Below, piece by piece: positions 1 to 9,538 of a DNA stretch of 32,000 nucleotides (positions within the stretch are counted from its first letter, which is position 1; every line of letters starts with the position of its first letter). Source of the stretch: Candidatus Odinarchaeia archaeon (GTDB lineage: Archaea > Asgardarchaeota > Odinarchaeia > Odinarchaeales > Odinarchaeaceae); the NCBI GenBank assembly GCA_029856525.1, contig JAHQXC010000003.1, positions 1-32,000 of the forward strand, given 5' to 3'. The notes under the pieces are model-generated. The model did no database searches. It saw only the letters and a list, made by a program, of their open reading frames with translations, and was not told the origin of the DNA. The position numbers were made by a program, and so were the translations under genes.

Positions 1-210
1 CAGGTTGAAAAAACTTCAACAATATTTGAAAGCAGACTAGACGGTTTAAAAAAACAGATAGAAGATAATATACTCCCTGAAATATCTTTAATCCAGAAGA
101 TTCAGGAGAAATTAAACCAGTTAAATACGATGATAAGTGAATTAAACATTAAGCTTACATCTTTAAATGATACAAGTAAACATGTCAGTGAGCCGGCTGC
201 TGATAGATAA
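1..210 (+). CDS. 3' end of a coiled-coil protein (5'-truncated by window edge)
   Basis: Frame 1 is open from base 1 to TAA at 208-210: QVEKTSTIFESRLDGLKKQIEDNILPEISLIQKIQEKLNQLNTMISELNIKLTSLNDTSKHVSEPAADR. Heptad-like L/I spacing. Not in the ORF track. Confidence 0.75.
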   Translation, partial: QVEKTSTIFESRLDGLKKQIEDNILPEISLIQKIQEKLNQLNTMISELNIKLTSLNDTSKHVSEPAADR

Positions 211-369
211 ATTTTTAGAAATCTAAAATTCTAAAACAAGTGAATAAATTAATAATAAACTATTTATATTAACGTGTAAATATACTACTATCAGCTTCAA
301 ACTGATGCTATACTGGTAGACTCTTAATCTACCAGTATAGTGTCAGAATAAAATAGGAGGATGTGAAAT

Positions 370-804
370 ATGCCTGAAGGTTCATTTGCAGGTGCCAAAG
401 TAATAGGGACTCTTATAGGGATAGTCGGTATACTTCTAATAGTAATCGGGGCGACTTCTATTCTAGCGATTTCAATTCCAGGTCTACCGCCTGAAATAAT
501 CTCAGCGCTCGCATCTTTAAGCAGTAACGCATACATTCAAATCGTATACGGTTTGATCGCTCTCGGCATAGCCGCCGGATTATGGGGTGCTCGAGCTTGG
601 GCTGCAGGAGCAGCCGGCGTCCTATTATTGATCATTCTTGTATCCACAGGTTTCTCTATATACAGTCTATGGACAGTTTACGGTTTATCAGGTTTATATA
701 CGCTTTTAACAAGTCTTTCAATCCCGTTGATCGTCACGATCGTAACATTTATCGTCGCTTTGGTTTCATTAATATACTTGGTGGCTGCTAGCGGATGGCG
801 TTAA
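370..804 (+). CDS. Small integral membrane protein (about 4 TM helices), function unknown
   Basis: 144 aa, almost entirely hydrophobic segments. SD AGGAGG at about 355-360, TATA-like TTTATATT near 262-269, T-tract downstream. Confidence 0.8.
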   Translation: MPEGSFAGAKVIGTLIGIVGILLIVIGATSILAISIPGLPPEIISALASLSSNAYIQIVYGLIALGIAAGLWGARAWAAGAAGVLLLIILVSTGFSIYSLWTVYGLSGLYTLLTSLSIPLIVTIVTFIVALVSLIYLVAASGWR

Positions 805-809
805 ACTAA

Positions 810-829
810 CCTCCCCTCTTTTTTTATTA
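810..829 (+). terminator. Archaeal-type oligo-T terminator (CCCCTCT + T-run)
   Basis: CCTCCCCTCTTTTTTTATTA just after the stop at 804. The same motif follows the dppA stop. Confidence 0.55.
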
Positions 830-949
830 TTCCTGGTAATTTTTCTAACTTTTTTTAATATATTTTTAATAAAGCTTAAAAACAAGTTAAAATATATTAA
901 CTATTTAAAACCTTCGGGTTAACGCCCGAAGATGGAAAAGGCGGTTGAA

Positions 950-2857
950 ATGAAAAAGAGTGTAAAATACAGTTTAGCCCTAGTTTTAATGCTCTCCTTA
1001 GCCGCCAGCGGTATCATCATACTATCCCCGATAAAAGCTCAGGCAGTCACGACTACGCTTAAAATAGCCCAGGGCGGAGATCCTATAACATTAGACCCGT
1101 ATGATTCATGGGATTCAGCTTCAAACGATGTGATACTCAATATATACGATCAGCTGGTTATGTATGTGCCATCCACATTACAGTTCAGGCCTGGTTTAGC
1201 TGTAGGATGGCAGATCCTACCTAACACAACTATAATATTTAACATAAGACGCAACGTAACATTCCATAACGGCGATCCGATGACACCGTACGATGTATGG
1301 TGGAGTCTTCAAAGAGTTCTTCCATTGTATCTTAGAAGCGCGTTATTTAACAGCAGTTATATAAATAATGCTACCGCTAACCCGCATCACTGGAATTGGA
1401 GTGAATACGACGGTGATAGAGAAAGCTTTGTCTGGCTTCTCTTCGAACCTGTTAAAGACATAAGAATGGCTGATATAGGCTTCTGGGGTAATACAACATT
1501 TACCGGTGAAAACGCCACCGCTGGCGACGGCTGGGATGAAATAGTGGTTGAATTCTCTGAACCGTTTGCACCAGGTTTATCCTTGTTCTCGTACGCTGCC
1601 ACATCTATTGTAAACTGGAAGGTTGCAACCGAGCTTGGACCTCACGGGATGAAATTCGCACCTGTAGGCGCTGGCACAGGGCCTTTCAAGTTTAATTCAT
1701 GGATTTTAAACTACAAGGTAGTTTTAGATAAATGGGAGAATTACTGGGGTCAAGTCCCGCATGTAGACCGTGTCGAGTTTCAAACCATTCTATCAGCGTC
1801 ATCTAGAACGTTAGCTATTAAGACAGGTATGGTTGACTTATTATACCCTGAATCAGCTGACTGGTATGATCTTAAAAGTGACCCTAACATAGAAACATGG
1901 CAGGAAGCCGGTCTTGGAACAAGATATATAAGCTTCCAGTGTCTGCAGAATGTGACAGGTAGAATGTTCGGTATTCTCTCTAACACCACTGTTAGAAAGG
2001 CTTTAAGCTATGCGATTAACTACGATGAGATAATTAACGGTGAACTATTCCTTAACGGGTTAGCTACGAGAATGACTCAACCTGTTGTTCCAGCTATCGA
2101 ATGGGCTTATAACTCTTCTATTAAACCTGAGGATGAAGGCGGTATCCTACCAATATATAATATCACTAAGGCGAATGAAATCTTAGACTCCCTCGGCATA
2201 GTAGATGTCGATGGTGATGGGATAAGGGATATTAAAGGCTGGACTAATTCAAGCGACGACTTTAAACTAATATACGGTTACAATATAGGTAACGCGGTGA
2301 GGGAGAGAGTAGGTACTCTGCTGAAAGACAGCTTCGCACAAATAGGTGTTGACCTAGAGATTCAAGGAGACGAATGGTCTGTGTTCTTATATGATAAAAT
2401 AGTGAACGGTGCATACGATATTTGGATGCTTGGCTGGGGTCCTGATTACATTGACCCTGACACATACTTCTATCCACTCTTCCACAGCAAATTCATATGG
2501 AGTACAAACGGTGCTGGAGTTAACATTTCAAGCGTGGATACTATGTTAGAGCAGGCTAGAGCGGAGACTAATCAAACTATAAGAGCTCAACTATATAAGA
2601 ATGTTACAAACATACTTATCAACGAATACGTTTGGGCTTGGTGTTATATTCCAGATAACTTGTACGCTTGGCGGACAACTGTAACAGGCTTCAAGCACAG
2701 TCCACTGGATCAAATGGATGACCTTGAATACGTTGAGATAACACCCAGCGCAGGCGCGGGTATACCTGTTGAAGTGATAGCTATCATAGTAGGCGTAGTG
2801 GTAGCGGTTGCAGTTATAGGAGGCATCGCCTACTGGCGTAAAGGAGCTCCAGCTTAA
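950..2857 (+). CDS. dppA: ABC transporter substrate-binding protein, family 5 (DppA/OppA-like), with signal peptide and C-terminal membrane anchor
   Basis: Motifs DPITLDPY, PGLAVGW, FNIRRNVTFHNGDPMTPYDV, GTGPFK, VRKALSYAINY, GWGPDYIDPD. N-terminal signal peptide and C-terminal TM helix followed by WRK. ATG at 950 (MKKSVK) preferred over ORF-track start 932. Confidence 0.93.
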   Translation: MKKSVKYSLALVLMLSLAASGIIILSPIKAQAVTTTLKIAQGGDPITLDPYDSWDSASNDVILNIYDQLVMYVPSTLQFRPGLAVGWQILPNTTIIFNIRRNVTFHNGDPMTPYDVWWSLQRVLPLYLRSALFNSSYINNATANPHHWNWSEYDGDRESFVWLLFEPVKDIRMADIGFWGNTTFTGENATAGDGWDEIVVEFSEPFAPGLSLFSYAATSIVNWKVATELGPHGMKFAPVGAGTGPFKFNSWILNYKVVLDKWENYWGQVPHVDRVEFQTILSASSRTLAIKTGMVDLLYPESADWYDLKSDPNIETWQEAGLGTRYISFQCLQNVTGRMFGILSNTTVRKALSYAINYDEIINGELFLNGLATRMTQPVVPAIEWAYNSSIKPEDEGGILPIYNITKANEILDSLGIVDVDGDGIRDIKGWTNSSDDFKLIYGYNIGNAVRERVGTLLKDSFAQIGVDLEIQGDEWSVFLYDKIVNGAYDIWMLGWGPDYIDPDTYFYPLFHSKFIWSTNGAGVNISSVDTMLEQARAETNQTIRAQLYKNVTNILINEYVWAWCYIPDNLYAWRTTVTGFKHSPLDQMDDLEYVEITPSAGAGIPVEVIAIIVGVVVAVAVIGGIAYWRKGAPA

Positions 2858-2862
2858 AACAA

Positions 2863-2883
2863 CCCCTCTATTTTTTATTTTTT
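2863..2883 (+). terminator. Oligo-T terminator after dppA
   Basis: CCCCTCTATTTTTTATTTTTT directly after the stop at 2857. Confidence 0.55.
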
Positions 2884-3087
2884 ATCTGCAAAGTGAATAT
2901 AGGTAACACTCTTTTCGGCTATATATGACGGGAGCGGGACTGATGTGAACAAACCTCAAACTCCCATAGTATACTTGTTAACAGCTCGGTTTGCAAGGGG
3001 GAAACCCGTCTTCAGAACGTGGTAATTCACATTGAATAGTAAAGTTTAAATTATTTTTTAATTATAATACTTGGAAAGTGTATTCGT

Positions 3088-4104
3088 ATGAAGGGCTTAT
3101 ACGCTTATATTATCAGACGGTTGATTCTTCTAATACCTGTGGTTTTAGGCGTCATGCTGCTAACATTTATCTTAATGCACTCTATACCAGGTAATCCTGT
3201 AGCCTACTTAGGGGGCTCAGGGAAGCTTCCACCCGACGCTGTAGAGAAGTTAATAAAAATTTACGGTTTAGATCAGCCTTTATTCATTCAGTTCTTCCTT
3301 TACCTAGCTAATGTTTTTCAAGGTAATCTAGGTACATCGATATCGGTTAACCCTGGAGCTAATATAACAGATCTTATATTAACAGCCTTCCCGCATACCG
3401 TAGAGTTGACCATATACTCATCTATCATAATGGTGTTAGTGGGTATCCCTGCAGGTGTTATCTCAGCTAAGAAGCGGAATTCTTTAACTGATAACGTTAC
3501 CAGGGTAGGAGCGTTGATAGGTGTTTCAATGCCGGTTTTCTGGCTCGGCATTATGCTTCAAATCGTATTCGGGGTTGCAATCCCTATTTTCCCACTGCTT
3601 TGGGCTGGCATTCATGAACCGGCTGTTAAAGCCACTGGAATATATCTCATAGACGGTTTTCTAAGCTTAGATTTCAGAACTATAGTTGATAGTATAATGC
3701 ATTACGCTCTACCCTCTATCGCATTAGGGGCTTTATCTCTTTCAATAGTGACTAGAATGGTTAGATCAAGTATGCTTGAAGTTCTCGGAGAAGATTATAT
3801 TAGAACAGCTAGAGCTAAAGGCTGCTCTGAGAACGCTACAATTTACCGTCACGCGCTTCGTAATTCCCTGCTACCAGCCACCACCGTGATCGGATTACAG
3901 ATAGGCGGCTTACTCGGCGGAGCTGTTTTAACTGAAACAGTGTTCGCTATTCCAGGGGTGGGCAGGCTTATCACGGATGCTATTCTAAAATATGATTATC
4001 CTCTTGTAATGGCGGGAGTCCTATTCATAGCTATAATATATATAATAGCTAACCTAGTAGTCGATGTGCTTTACGCTTATCTCGATCCAAGGATAAGATA
4101 TTAG
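3088..4104 (+). CDS. dppB: Peptide ABC transporter permease (DppB/OppB)
   Basis: YIIRRL N-terminus, YGLDQPLFIQF, EAA-loop region RSSMLEVLGEDYIRTARAKG, DYPLVMAG, LDPRIRY. Confidence 0.95.
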   Translation: MKGLYAYIIRRLILLIPVVLGVMLLTFILMHSIPGNPVAYLGGSGKLPPDAVEKLIKIYGLDQPLFIQFFLYLANVFQGNLGTSISVNPGANITDLILTAFPHTVELTIYSSIIMVLVGIPAGVISAKKRNSLTDNVTRVGALIGVSMPVFWLGIMLQIVFGVAIPIFPLLWAGIHEPAVKATGIYLIDGFLSLDFRTIVDSIMHYALPSIALGALSLSIVTRMVRSSMLEVLGEDYIRTARAKGCSENATIYRHALRNSLLPATTVIGLQIGGLLGGAVLTETVFAIPGVGRLITDAILKYDYPLVMAGVLFIAIIYIIANLVVDVLYAYLDPRIRY

Positions 4105-4115
4105 GTGAATTTAAC

Positions 4116-5162
4116 TTGGTGGATGACAGCTATTCGAAAAGTTATGAAGACGCAGAGAATTTTACGTTTACTGTAGATCTGCCTGGTTTAAAATCAGGGA
4201 TCGTGGAGAGGCCTAGGCTTCAACGCTTCCTAGACTTTTTATCAAGGCTTAAAAACCCTTTAACCATTATCGGTATCATCATTGTAGCCGGTCTGATTTT
4301 ATCAGCTGTTCTAGCTCCTTTTATAGCCCCATATAACCCTATTGCAGTCGATTTAAACTCTAAGAATCTCCCTCCAAGCTTACAGCATCCTTTTGGAACA
4401 GACGGGTTCGGCCGTGATATTTTCAGTCGAATCTTATACGGCGCTCAAATCTCTCTTTTCGTAGGAATCGTCTCCGTGCTAGGAGCTGTAGCTGTAGGCG
4501 TCCCGTTAGGTATTCTATCAGCTTATAAAAGCGGTTACATTGACACTGTAATTATGAGGATAATGGATATTATGCTAGCTTTTCCAAGTATTATTTTAGC
4601 GATCGCTATCGCGATGGTTATAGGAGCAGGAATCCACGCTGTTACAATCGCGATACTTGTGGTTTCAATACCGGTCTACGCTAGAATCGCCCGCGGCTCA
4701 GCTTTAGCTGTGATACAGGAAACTTATATTGAAGCGGCTAGAGCGATAGGCGCCTCCGGGCTCCGAATAATATTCCGGCATATACTCCCTAATATTCTAG
4801 CACCTTTACTTGTTGAAATGACCTTGGATATAGGTTCAGCGGTCCTCTCCTTAGCCGGTTTAAGCTTTCTAGGTTTAGGTGCTCCTCCACCTTACACTTA
4901 TGATTGGGGTAGAATGATAAGCGATAATTTCAGCTACCAGGCTGTTACACGATACTGGTGGCAGTTAACGTTCCCCGGGCTCGCCATAGTCTTCTGTGTT
5001 TTAGGCTGGAATCTACTAGGGGATGGTTTAAGAGACGCGATGGATCCTAAGCTTCGATTAAAATTATCTAAGGAAGCTAAAAAGTTAATTAAAGATTTGA
5101 AAAAGAAGCAGCGCGGTTTAGAGAAATCTAACGCTAAAAAACCGGTGAGAGTGGTTAATTGA
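4116..5162 (+). CDS. dppC: Peptide ABC transporter permease (DppC/OppC) with Lys-rich C-terminal tail
   Basis: HPFGTDGFGRDIFSRILYGAQISL, YIEAARAIGAS..RIIFRHILPN, LSFLGLG, WNLLGDGLRDAMDP. SD GGTGA upstream. Confidence 0.95.
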   Translation: MVDDSYSKSYEDAENFTFTVDLPGLKSGIVERPRLQRFLDFLSRLKNPLTIIGIIIVAGLILSAVLAPFIAPYNPIAVDLNSKNLPPSLQHPFGTDGFGRDIFSRILYGAQISLFVGIVSVLGAVAVGVPLGILSAYKSGYIDTVIMRIMDIMLAFPSIILAIAIAMVIGAGIHAVTIAILVVSIPVYARIARGSALAVIQETYIEAARAIGASGLRIIFRHILPNILAPLLVEMTLDIGSAVLSLAGLSFLGLGAPPPYTYDWGRMISDNFSYQAVTRYWWQLTFPGLAIVFCVLGWNLLGDGLRDAMDPKLRLKLSKEAKKLIKDLKKKQRGLEKSNAKKPVRVVN

Positions 5163-6196
5163 CAGCGAATGTTTTATTAACTATTCGAAATCTTAGAACT
5201 CACTTCTTCACAGAGGAGGGTGTTGTTCAAGCTCTTGACGGCGTCGACTTAGAGGTTTACGAAAAAGAGATTATCGGTTTAGTTGGTGAAACAGGTTCAG
5301 GTAAATCTGTTACCGCTCTCTCTGTTATGCGTCTTATCCCTCAACCCGGATTCATAGTTGACGGCGAGATTATTTTTAAAGGAAAACCATTGCATCTACT
5401 TAGCGAAGAAGAGATGCGGAAAATTCGAGGTAAAGAGATAACAATGATATTCCAGGATCCGATGAATGCGTTGAACCCTGTTTTCACTGTCGGAAACCAG
5501 ATAGCTGAAACTATTCAACTCCACAATGATGTCACATATAGAGAAGCGTTTAATCAGTCTATTGAACTTTTAAGAAGGCTTAACATCCCTAAACCGGAGA
5601 GAATAGTTAACTCCTACCCTCATGAGCTCAGCGGAGGTATGCGGCAGCGTATCCAAATAGCTATCGGTTTAGCATGTCAACCAGCTTTGTTGATAGCTGA
5701 TGAGCCCACCACCGCGTTAGACGCTACTGTAGAAGTCCAAGTGCTTGAACTTATTAAAAGGCTTAGAGATGAATTTAACACGTCTATTATGCTTATAACA
5801 CATGATTTAGGTGTTATAGCAGAAATGTGTGATCGAGTGGTGGTGATGTACGCCGGCAACGTTGTAGAGAAAGCAGATGTGAAAACGATTTTCAAACACC
5901 CGCTTCACCCTTACACTCAGGCGCTTCTAGGCGCTATACCCTACGCTGAGCGAAAAAAGAAAAGCAGGCTTACCACAATTCCTGGTACAGTCCCTAACCT
6001 GATAAATCCTCCTTCAGGCTGCCGCTTCCATCCGAGGTGTAAGCATGCGATGATAGTTTGTAAGACTCTTAAACCTATGTTACTTGAAGAAGAACAGGGG
6101 CATTTCGTCTCATGCTTCCTTTACTCTAAAAACAAAGAGTTCGCGGAACGTGAACACGGCGTATTCGAGCCTTTACCCGGTAGAATCGTTTACTAA
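5159..6196 (+). CDS. dppD: Peptide ABC transporter ATP-binding subunit (DppD/OppD)
   Basis: Walker A GETGSGKS, signature YPHELSGGMRQR, Walker B LIADEPT, C-terminal oligo_HPY region ([14 protein letters not shown]). Overlaps the dppC stop by 4 nt. Confidence 0.96.
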   Translation: MTANVLLTIRNLRTHFFTEEGVVQALDGVDLEVYEKEIIGLVGETGSGKSVTALSVMRLIPQPGFIVDGEIIFKGKPLHLLSEEEMRKIRGKEITMIFQDPMNALNPVFTVGNQIAETIQLHNDVTYREAFNQSIELLRRLNIPKPERIVNSYPHELSGGMRQRIQIAIGLACQPALLIADEPTTALDATVEVQVLELIKRLRDEFNTSIMLITHDLGVIAEMCDRVVVMYAGNVVEKADVKTIFKHPLHPYTQALLGAIPYAERKKKSRLTTIPGTVPNLINPPSGCRFHPRCKHAMIVCKTLKPMLLEEEQGHFVSCFLYSKNKEFAEREHGVFEPLPGRIVY

Positions 6197-6211
6197 AATA
6201 GAGGTGTTAAA

Positions 6212-7192
6212 GTGGCTGAACCTTTAATACAAGTTAAAAACCTGGTTAAATATTTCCCGATATACGGGGGAGTGCTTCTCAAAGAGATTGGGAGAGTTCA
6301 CGCTGTTGACGGTGTCTCCTTCGAGATTAATAAGCAGACGACGCTTGGTTTAGTGGGTGAAAGCGGATGCGGTAAGACTACTGTGGGACGCTGCACGCTT
6401 CGGTTAATAGAGCCTACGTCAGGTGAAATATACTATAACGGTGAGAATATTCTGAAATTTAAAGGAGCGCAGCTTAATAAATTCCGCTGCAAGGCTCAAA
6501 TAGTTTTCCAGAACCCGCATGCTTCACTGAATCCGAGGATGAAAATAAAAGATATTCTATCCGAACCTATTAGAATTCATAAACTTCTACCTAAAAATGA
6601 GATTGAAAACCGTGTACTCCAGTTGATAAGCGAGGTTGCTTTAGAGCCTAGTCATCTTGTCCGCTATCCTCATGAGTTTAGTGGAGGCCAAAAACAGCGG
6701 ATAGTTATCGCTAGAGCTCTTGCATTAAACCCTGAGTTTATAGTTTTAGATGAGCCTACATCCGCGTTAGATGTCTCCGTTCAAGCACAGATATTAAATT
6801 TACTGATGGATTTGCAGAGGAAGTTTAAATTAACATACCTGTTTATAACACATAACCTTAATATCTGCAGGCATATAAGCGATGAAATAGCTGTCATGTA
6901 TGTGGGTAAAATTGTTGAACGCGCCGGCGCTGATGAACTTTTCGAGGAGCCTCTTCACCCTTACACTCAAGCGCTTTTATCAGCTAACCCTATACCAGAC
7001 CCTGAGGCTAAGAGAAGTAAGATAATTTTAACAGGAGAGGTTCCAAGCCCGATTAATCCGCCTAGTGGTTGTAGATTCCACCCCAGGTGTCCTAAAAGAA
7101 TGGATGTTTGCGATAAATCTGAGCCTTCTTATATTCAAGTTAAACCAGGTCATTACGTGGCTTGCTATCTTTATTCAAATAATAAGAGTTGA
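6212..7192 (+). CDS. dppF: Peptide ABC transporter ATP-binding subunit (DppF/OppF)
   Basis: [42 protein letters not shown]. Confidence 0.96.
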   Translation: MAEPLIQVKNLVKYFPIYGGVLLKEIGRVHAVDGVSFEINKQTTLGLVGESGCGKTTVGRCTLRLIEPTSGEIYYNGENILKFKGAQLNKFRCKAQIVFQNPHASLNPRMKIKDILSEPIRIHKLLPKNEIENRVLQLISEVALEPSHLVRYPHEFSGGQKQRIVIARALALNPEFIVLDEPTSALDVSVQAQILNLLMDLQRKFKLTYLFITHNLNICRHISDEIAVMYVGKIVERAGADELFEEPLHPYTQALLSANPIPDPEAKRSKIILTGEVPSPINPPSGCRFHPRCPKRMDVCDKSEPSYIQVKPGHYVACYLYSNNKS

Positions 7193-7803
7193 TGAAAATG
7201 GAGCGTCTTTCAAAAACAGAGCTTTACAGGAAGCGAAAACTCTCAGGGCTTCTAGGATTTATACATATAATGTTATCTCTTCTATCCGCGTTCATGCTAG
7301 GATATCCTTATAGTGCTTTCCTAATGGAGGCTGGTGGAAGCTTCTCTATATCAGAATATAATATGCTTTTTATATTCGGTGGATTAATTCTCTATTTCAC
7401 AGGGTTAGCATTCGCGTTATTAGCTTTTTACGTGGATAGGAAACCGTTTAACATAGAGCATCCTGTTAGAAGACGCCACCGTTCTCTGCCAATGTTTCTC
7501 ACCTGGCTTTTAGCATGGAATCTCATCGATATATTTATAGTCGGCAACTTCGCTCGAACAAGTCTCGCTTTCACATCTTTCTGGATGAATACTATAAACG
7601 ATTTTGTAATCAGGTATGTTCTCGTTTTAGGCTCCATTATATTATTCATGCTCATACTTATGACGTTTACATACAATAAGATTATACCTGACAGGAGAAG
7701 CTTAGAGTTAAATGTATTTAAGAGAAGGCTAATTTACGTTGGAGTTATCTGGCTGTTAATTATACTCGCTTTCAGCATAGGAGTCTTTATAAACATAGTT
7801 TGA
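7192..7803 (+). CDS. Membrane protein of unknown function (about 5 TM)
   Basis: Alternating hydrophobic helices. ATG at 7192 overlaps the dppF TGA (translational coupling). Confidence 0.8.
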   Translation: MKMERLSKTELYRKRKLSGLLGFIHIMLSLLSAFMLGYPYSAFLMEAGGSFSISEYNMLFIFGGLILYFTGLAFALLAFYVDRKPFNIEHPVRRRHRSLPMFLTWLLAWNLIDIFIVGNFARTSLAFTSFWMNTINDFVIRYVLVLGSIILFMLILMTFTYNKIIPDRRSLELNVFKRRLIYVGVIWLLIILAFSIGVFINIV

Positions 7804-7815
7804 ATCGTGGTGTAA

Positions 7816-8652
7816 ATGGGTTTTTTTAAAAAATATGTTTATACGATTCACGGTAATGATGCGGCTCCAATGCTTCCTTTAATCGATGCGACGAAAACAT
7901 ACGGTTTCGCTTTCACATGTATCCCTGTCCCTCTGAGAGTGGATAAAGTGATTAACGGAGAGTTAACCACTTTTATCACACCTGATAAAAATATACGTGT
8001 AGAATTATCCGGTAAACTCTATTCACTTAACATTATAAAACTCATAGAAGAAGTGGTCTATCTTTTAATTCACTGGAGTAAAAACATTGTCAAATCTAAA
8101 TTTAACAGGGATCTGCCGAGGGAACGCTTAGCCTCATGGCTTTCTAAAACTTTACACGCTAAGATTATAGCTCCCACGCTATCCGAGGACGCGGGGGATT
8201 TCATAAAAAATTATTTCGAAACAGTTTTAATCTCCTATTTTAAAAACAGCAGTTTAAATGAAGCCTTGAAATCCTATTTAAATTATATAGTTGAGAGGTG
8301 TATGAAGCGTATTTCCAGTAATCGAATAAAGGTTTCAGTCGAACAGGTTTATGTAGACTACCCTATGTTAGAAGAGGAGATCCCTGAAGAGGATTATCTT
8401 AACCCTGAGGTGAAAGGTAACACTATACCAGTAGACGTCTACTTAAATAATAAATTGAAGACGATGAGTTTCCGACCTTTTCTAGTATACCAGGATTTAC
8501 TTGAAACAGCCGAATACACATTGAAGAGAATAGAGGAATCAGAGTTAATAACCCCAATGGATTTAATAGAGAAACATATTATAATTTTTGACGATGGAAA
8601 ACTTCAGGGAGAAGTTGAGTTATCCGAGCTTATAGATAAGATCATATTCTGA
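7816..8652 (+). CDS. Hypothetical soluble protein
   Basis: 278-aa ORF with SD GTGGTG upstream, in a tightly packed operon-like run. No recognisable motif. Confidence 0.8.
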   Translation: MGFFKKYVYTIHGNDAAPMLPLIDATKTYGFAFTCIPVPLRVDKVINGELTTFITPDKNIRVELSGKLYSLNIIKLIEEVVYLLIHWSKNIVKSKFNRDLPRERLASWLSKTLHAKIIAPTLSEDAGDFIKNYFETVLISYFKNSSLNEALKSYLNYIVERCMKRISSNRIKVSVEQVYVDYPMLEEEIPEEDYLNPEVKGNTIPVDVYLNNKLKTMSFRPFLVYQDLLETAEYTLKRIEESELITPMDLIEKHIIIFDDGKLQGEVELSELIDKIIF

Positions 8653-8673
8653 CTTCGCTTTAATTAACATCAG

Positions 8674-9513
8674 GTGTCGAGAATGGTGCAGATAGCTTTT
8701 CAAGGTGAAAGAGGCGCTTATAGTGAGGAAGCTGCTTTAGAGTATTTCGGCGGCGCAATCTCCTTTAAACCATGTTATAGCTTCCAAGAAGTTTTTGAAC
8801 AGGTGGCGGGGAAACAAGTTGATTACGGTGTTGTACCGGTGGAAAACTCGTATACAGGTAGCATCGTGGATACATTTGATCTTTTATTAAATTTTAATGT
8901 GAACATAGTCGGTGAGAAAATTCTGAGAATAAAACATAATTTAATAGTGAATAAAGGTGTCTCATTAGCTGATATCCGTGAGATTTACGCTCACCCTCAG
9001 GCTATAGCGCAATGCGATGTTTTCCTTAAAAAAATAGGTAAGCGCGTTATTCCATTCTATGACACCGCTGGTAGCGTTAAATATATTAAAGAGAATAATC
9101 TTATGAACGCTGCTGCTATAGCAAGCCGTTACGCCGCTGAAATATATGATATGCATATTATAGCTGAATCGATTGAGAGCGTTTCTAATAATTATACGCG
9201 ATTCTATATAATCTCTCTTAAGGAGTCTGTGAAAGGCTTAAAGAATAAGACTACCATCGTTTTCTCTATTAAAAATATCCCTGGATCTCTTTATAATTGT
9301 TTAAAGCCTTTAGCTGAAGCAGGTTTAAACTTAACTAAAATAGAGTCGAGGCCTGATAGAAAGAAACCGTGGGAGTATATTTTCTACCTTGATTTTGAGG
9401 GTGTTAAAGATGATCCGATTGTAAGAAAGGCTTTAATAGAGCTTGAAGCTAAAACCTCGTTTCTAAAGATTCTAGGATCATACCCGGCTGATACTTCAAC
9501 AGTGATAGGGTGA
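8674..9513 (+). CDS. pheA: Prephenate dehydratase (PDT + ACT domain)
   Basis: AFQGERGAYSEEAA, GVVPVENSYTGSI, IYAHPQAIAQC, NYTRFYI, ACT motif LTKIESRP, WEYIFYLDFEG. Confidence 0.95.
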   Translation: MSRMVQIAFQGERGAYSEEAALEYFGGAISFKPCYSFQEVFEQVAGKQVDYGVVPVENSYTGSIVDTFDLLLNFNVNIVGEKILRIKHNLIVNKGVSLADIREIYAHPQAIAQCDVFLKKIGKRVIPFYDTAGSVKYIKENNLMNAAAIASRYAAEIYDMHIIAESIESVSNNYTRFYIISLKESVKGLKNKTTIVFSIKNIPGSLYNCLKPLAEAGLNLTKIESRPDRKKPWEYIFYLDFEGVKDDPIVRKALIELEAKTSFLKILGSYPADTSTVIG

Positions 9514-9538
9514 ATGGTATACGCATTCTGTTAAATGT

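Noticed and set aside
2927-3010. Hammerhead ribozyme (CUGAUG...GAAAC...GUC)
   Set aside because: The core reads CUGAUGU instead of CUGANGA, and the UH cleavage dinucleotide is not placed after the GACGGG stem.
324-6000. Short ORF-track entries overlapping real genes (324..536, 582..791, 1387..1602, 1780..1989, 2262..2477, 3318..3551, 5677..5895)
   Set aside because: Antisense or out-of-frame shadows of well-supported genes, with no motifs or SD support.
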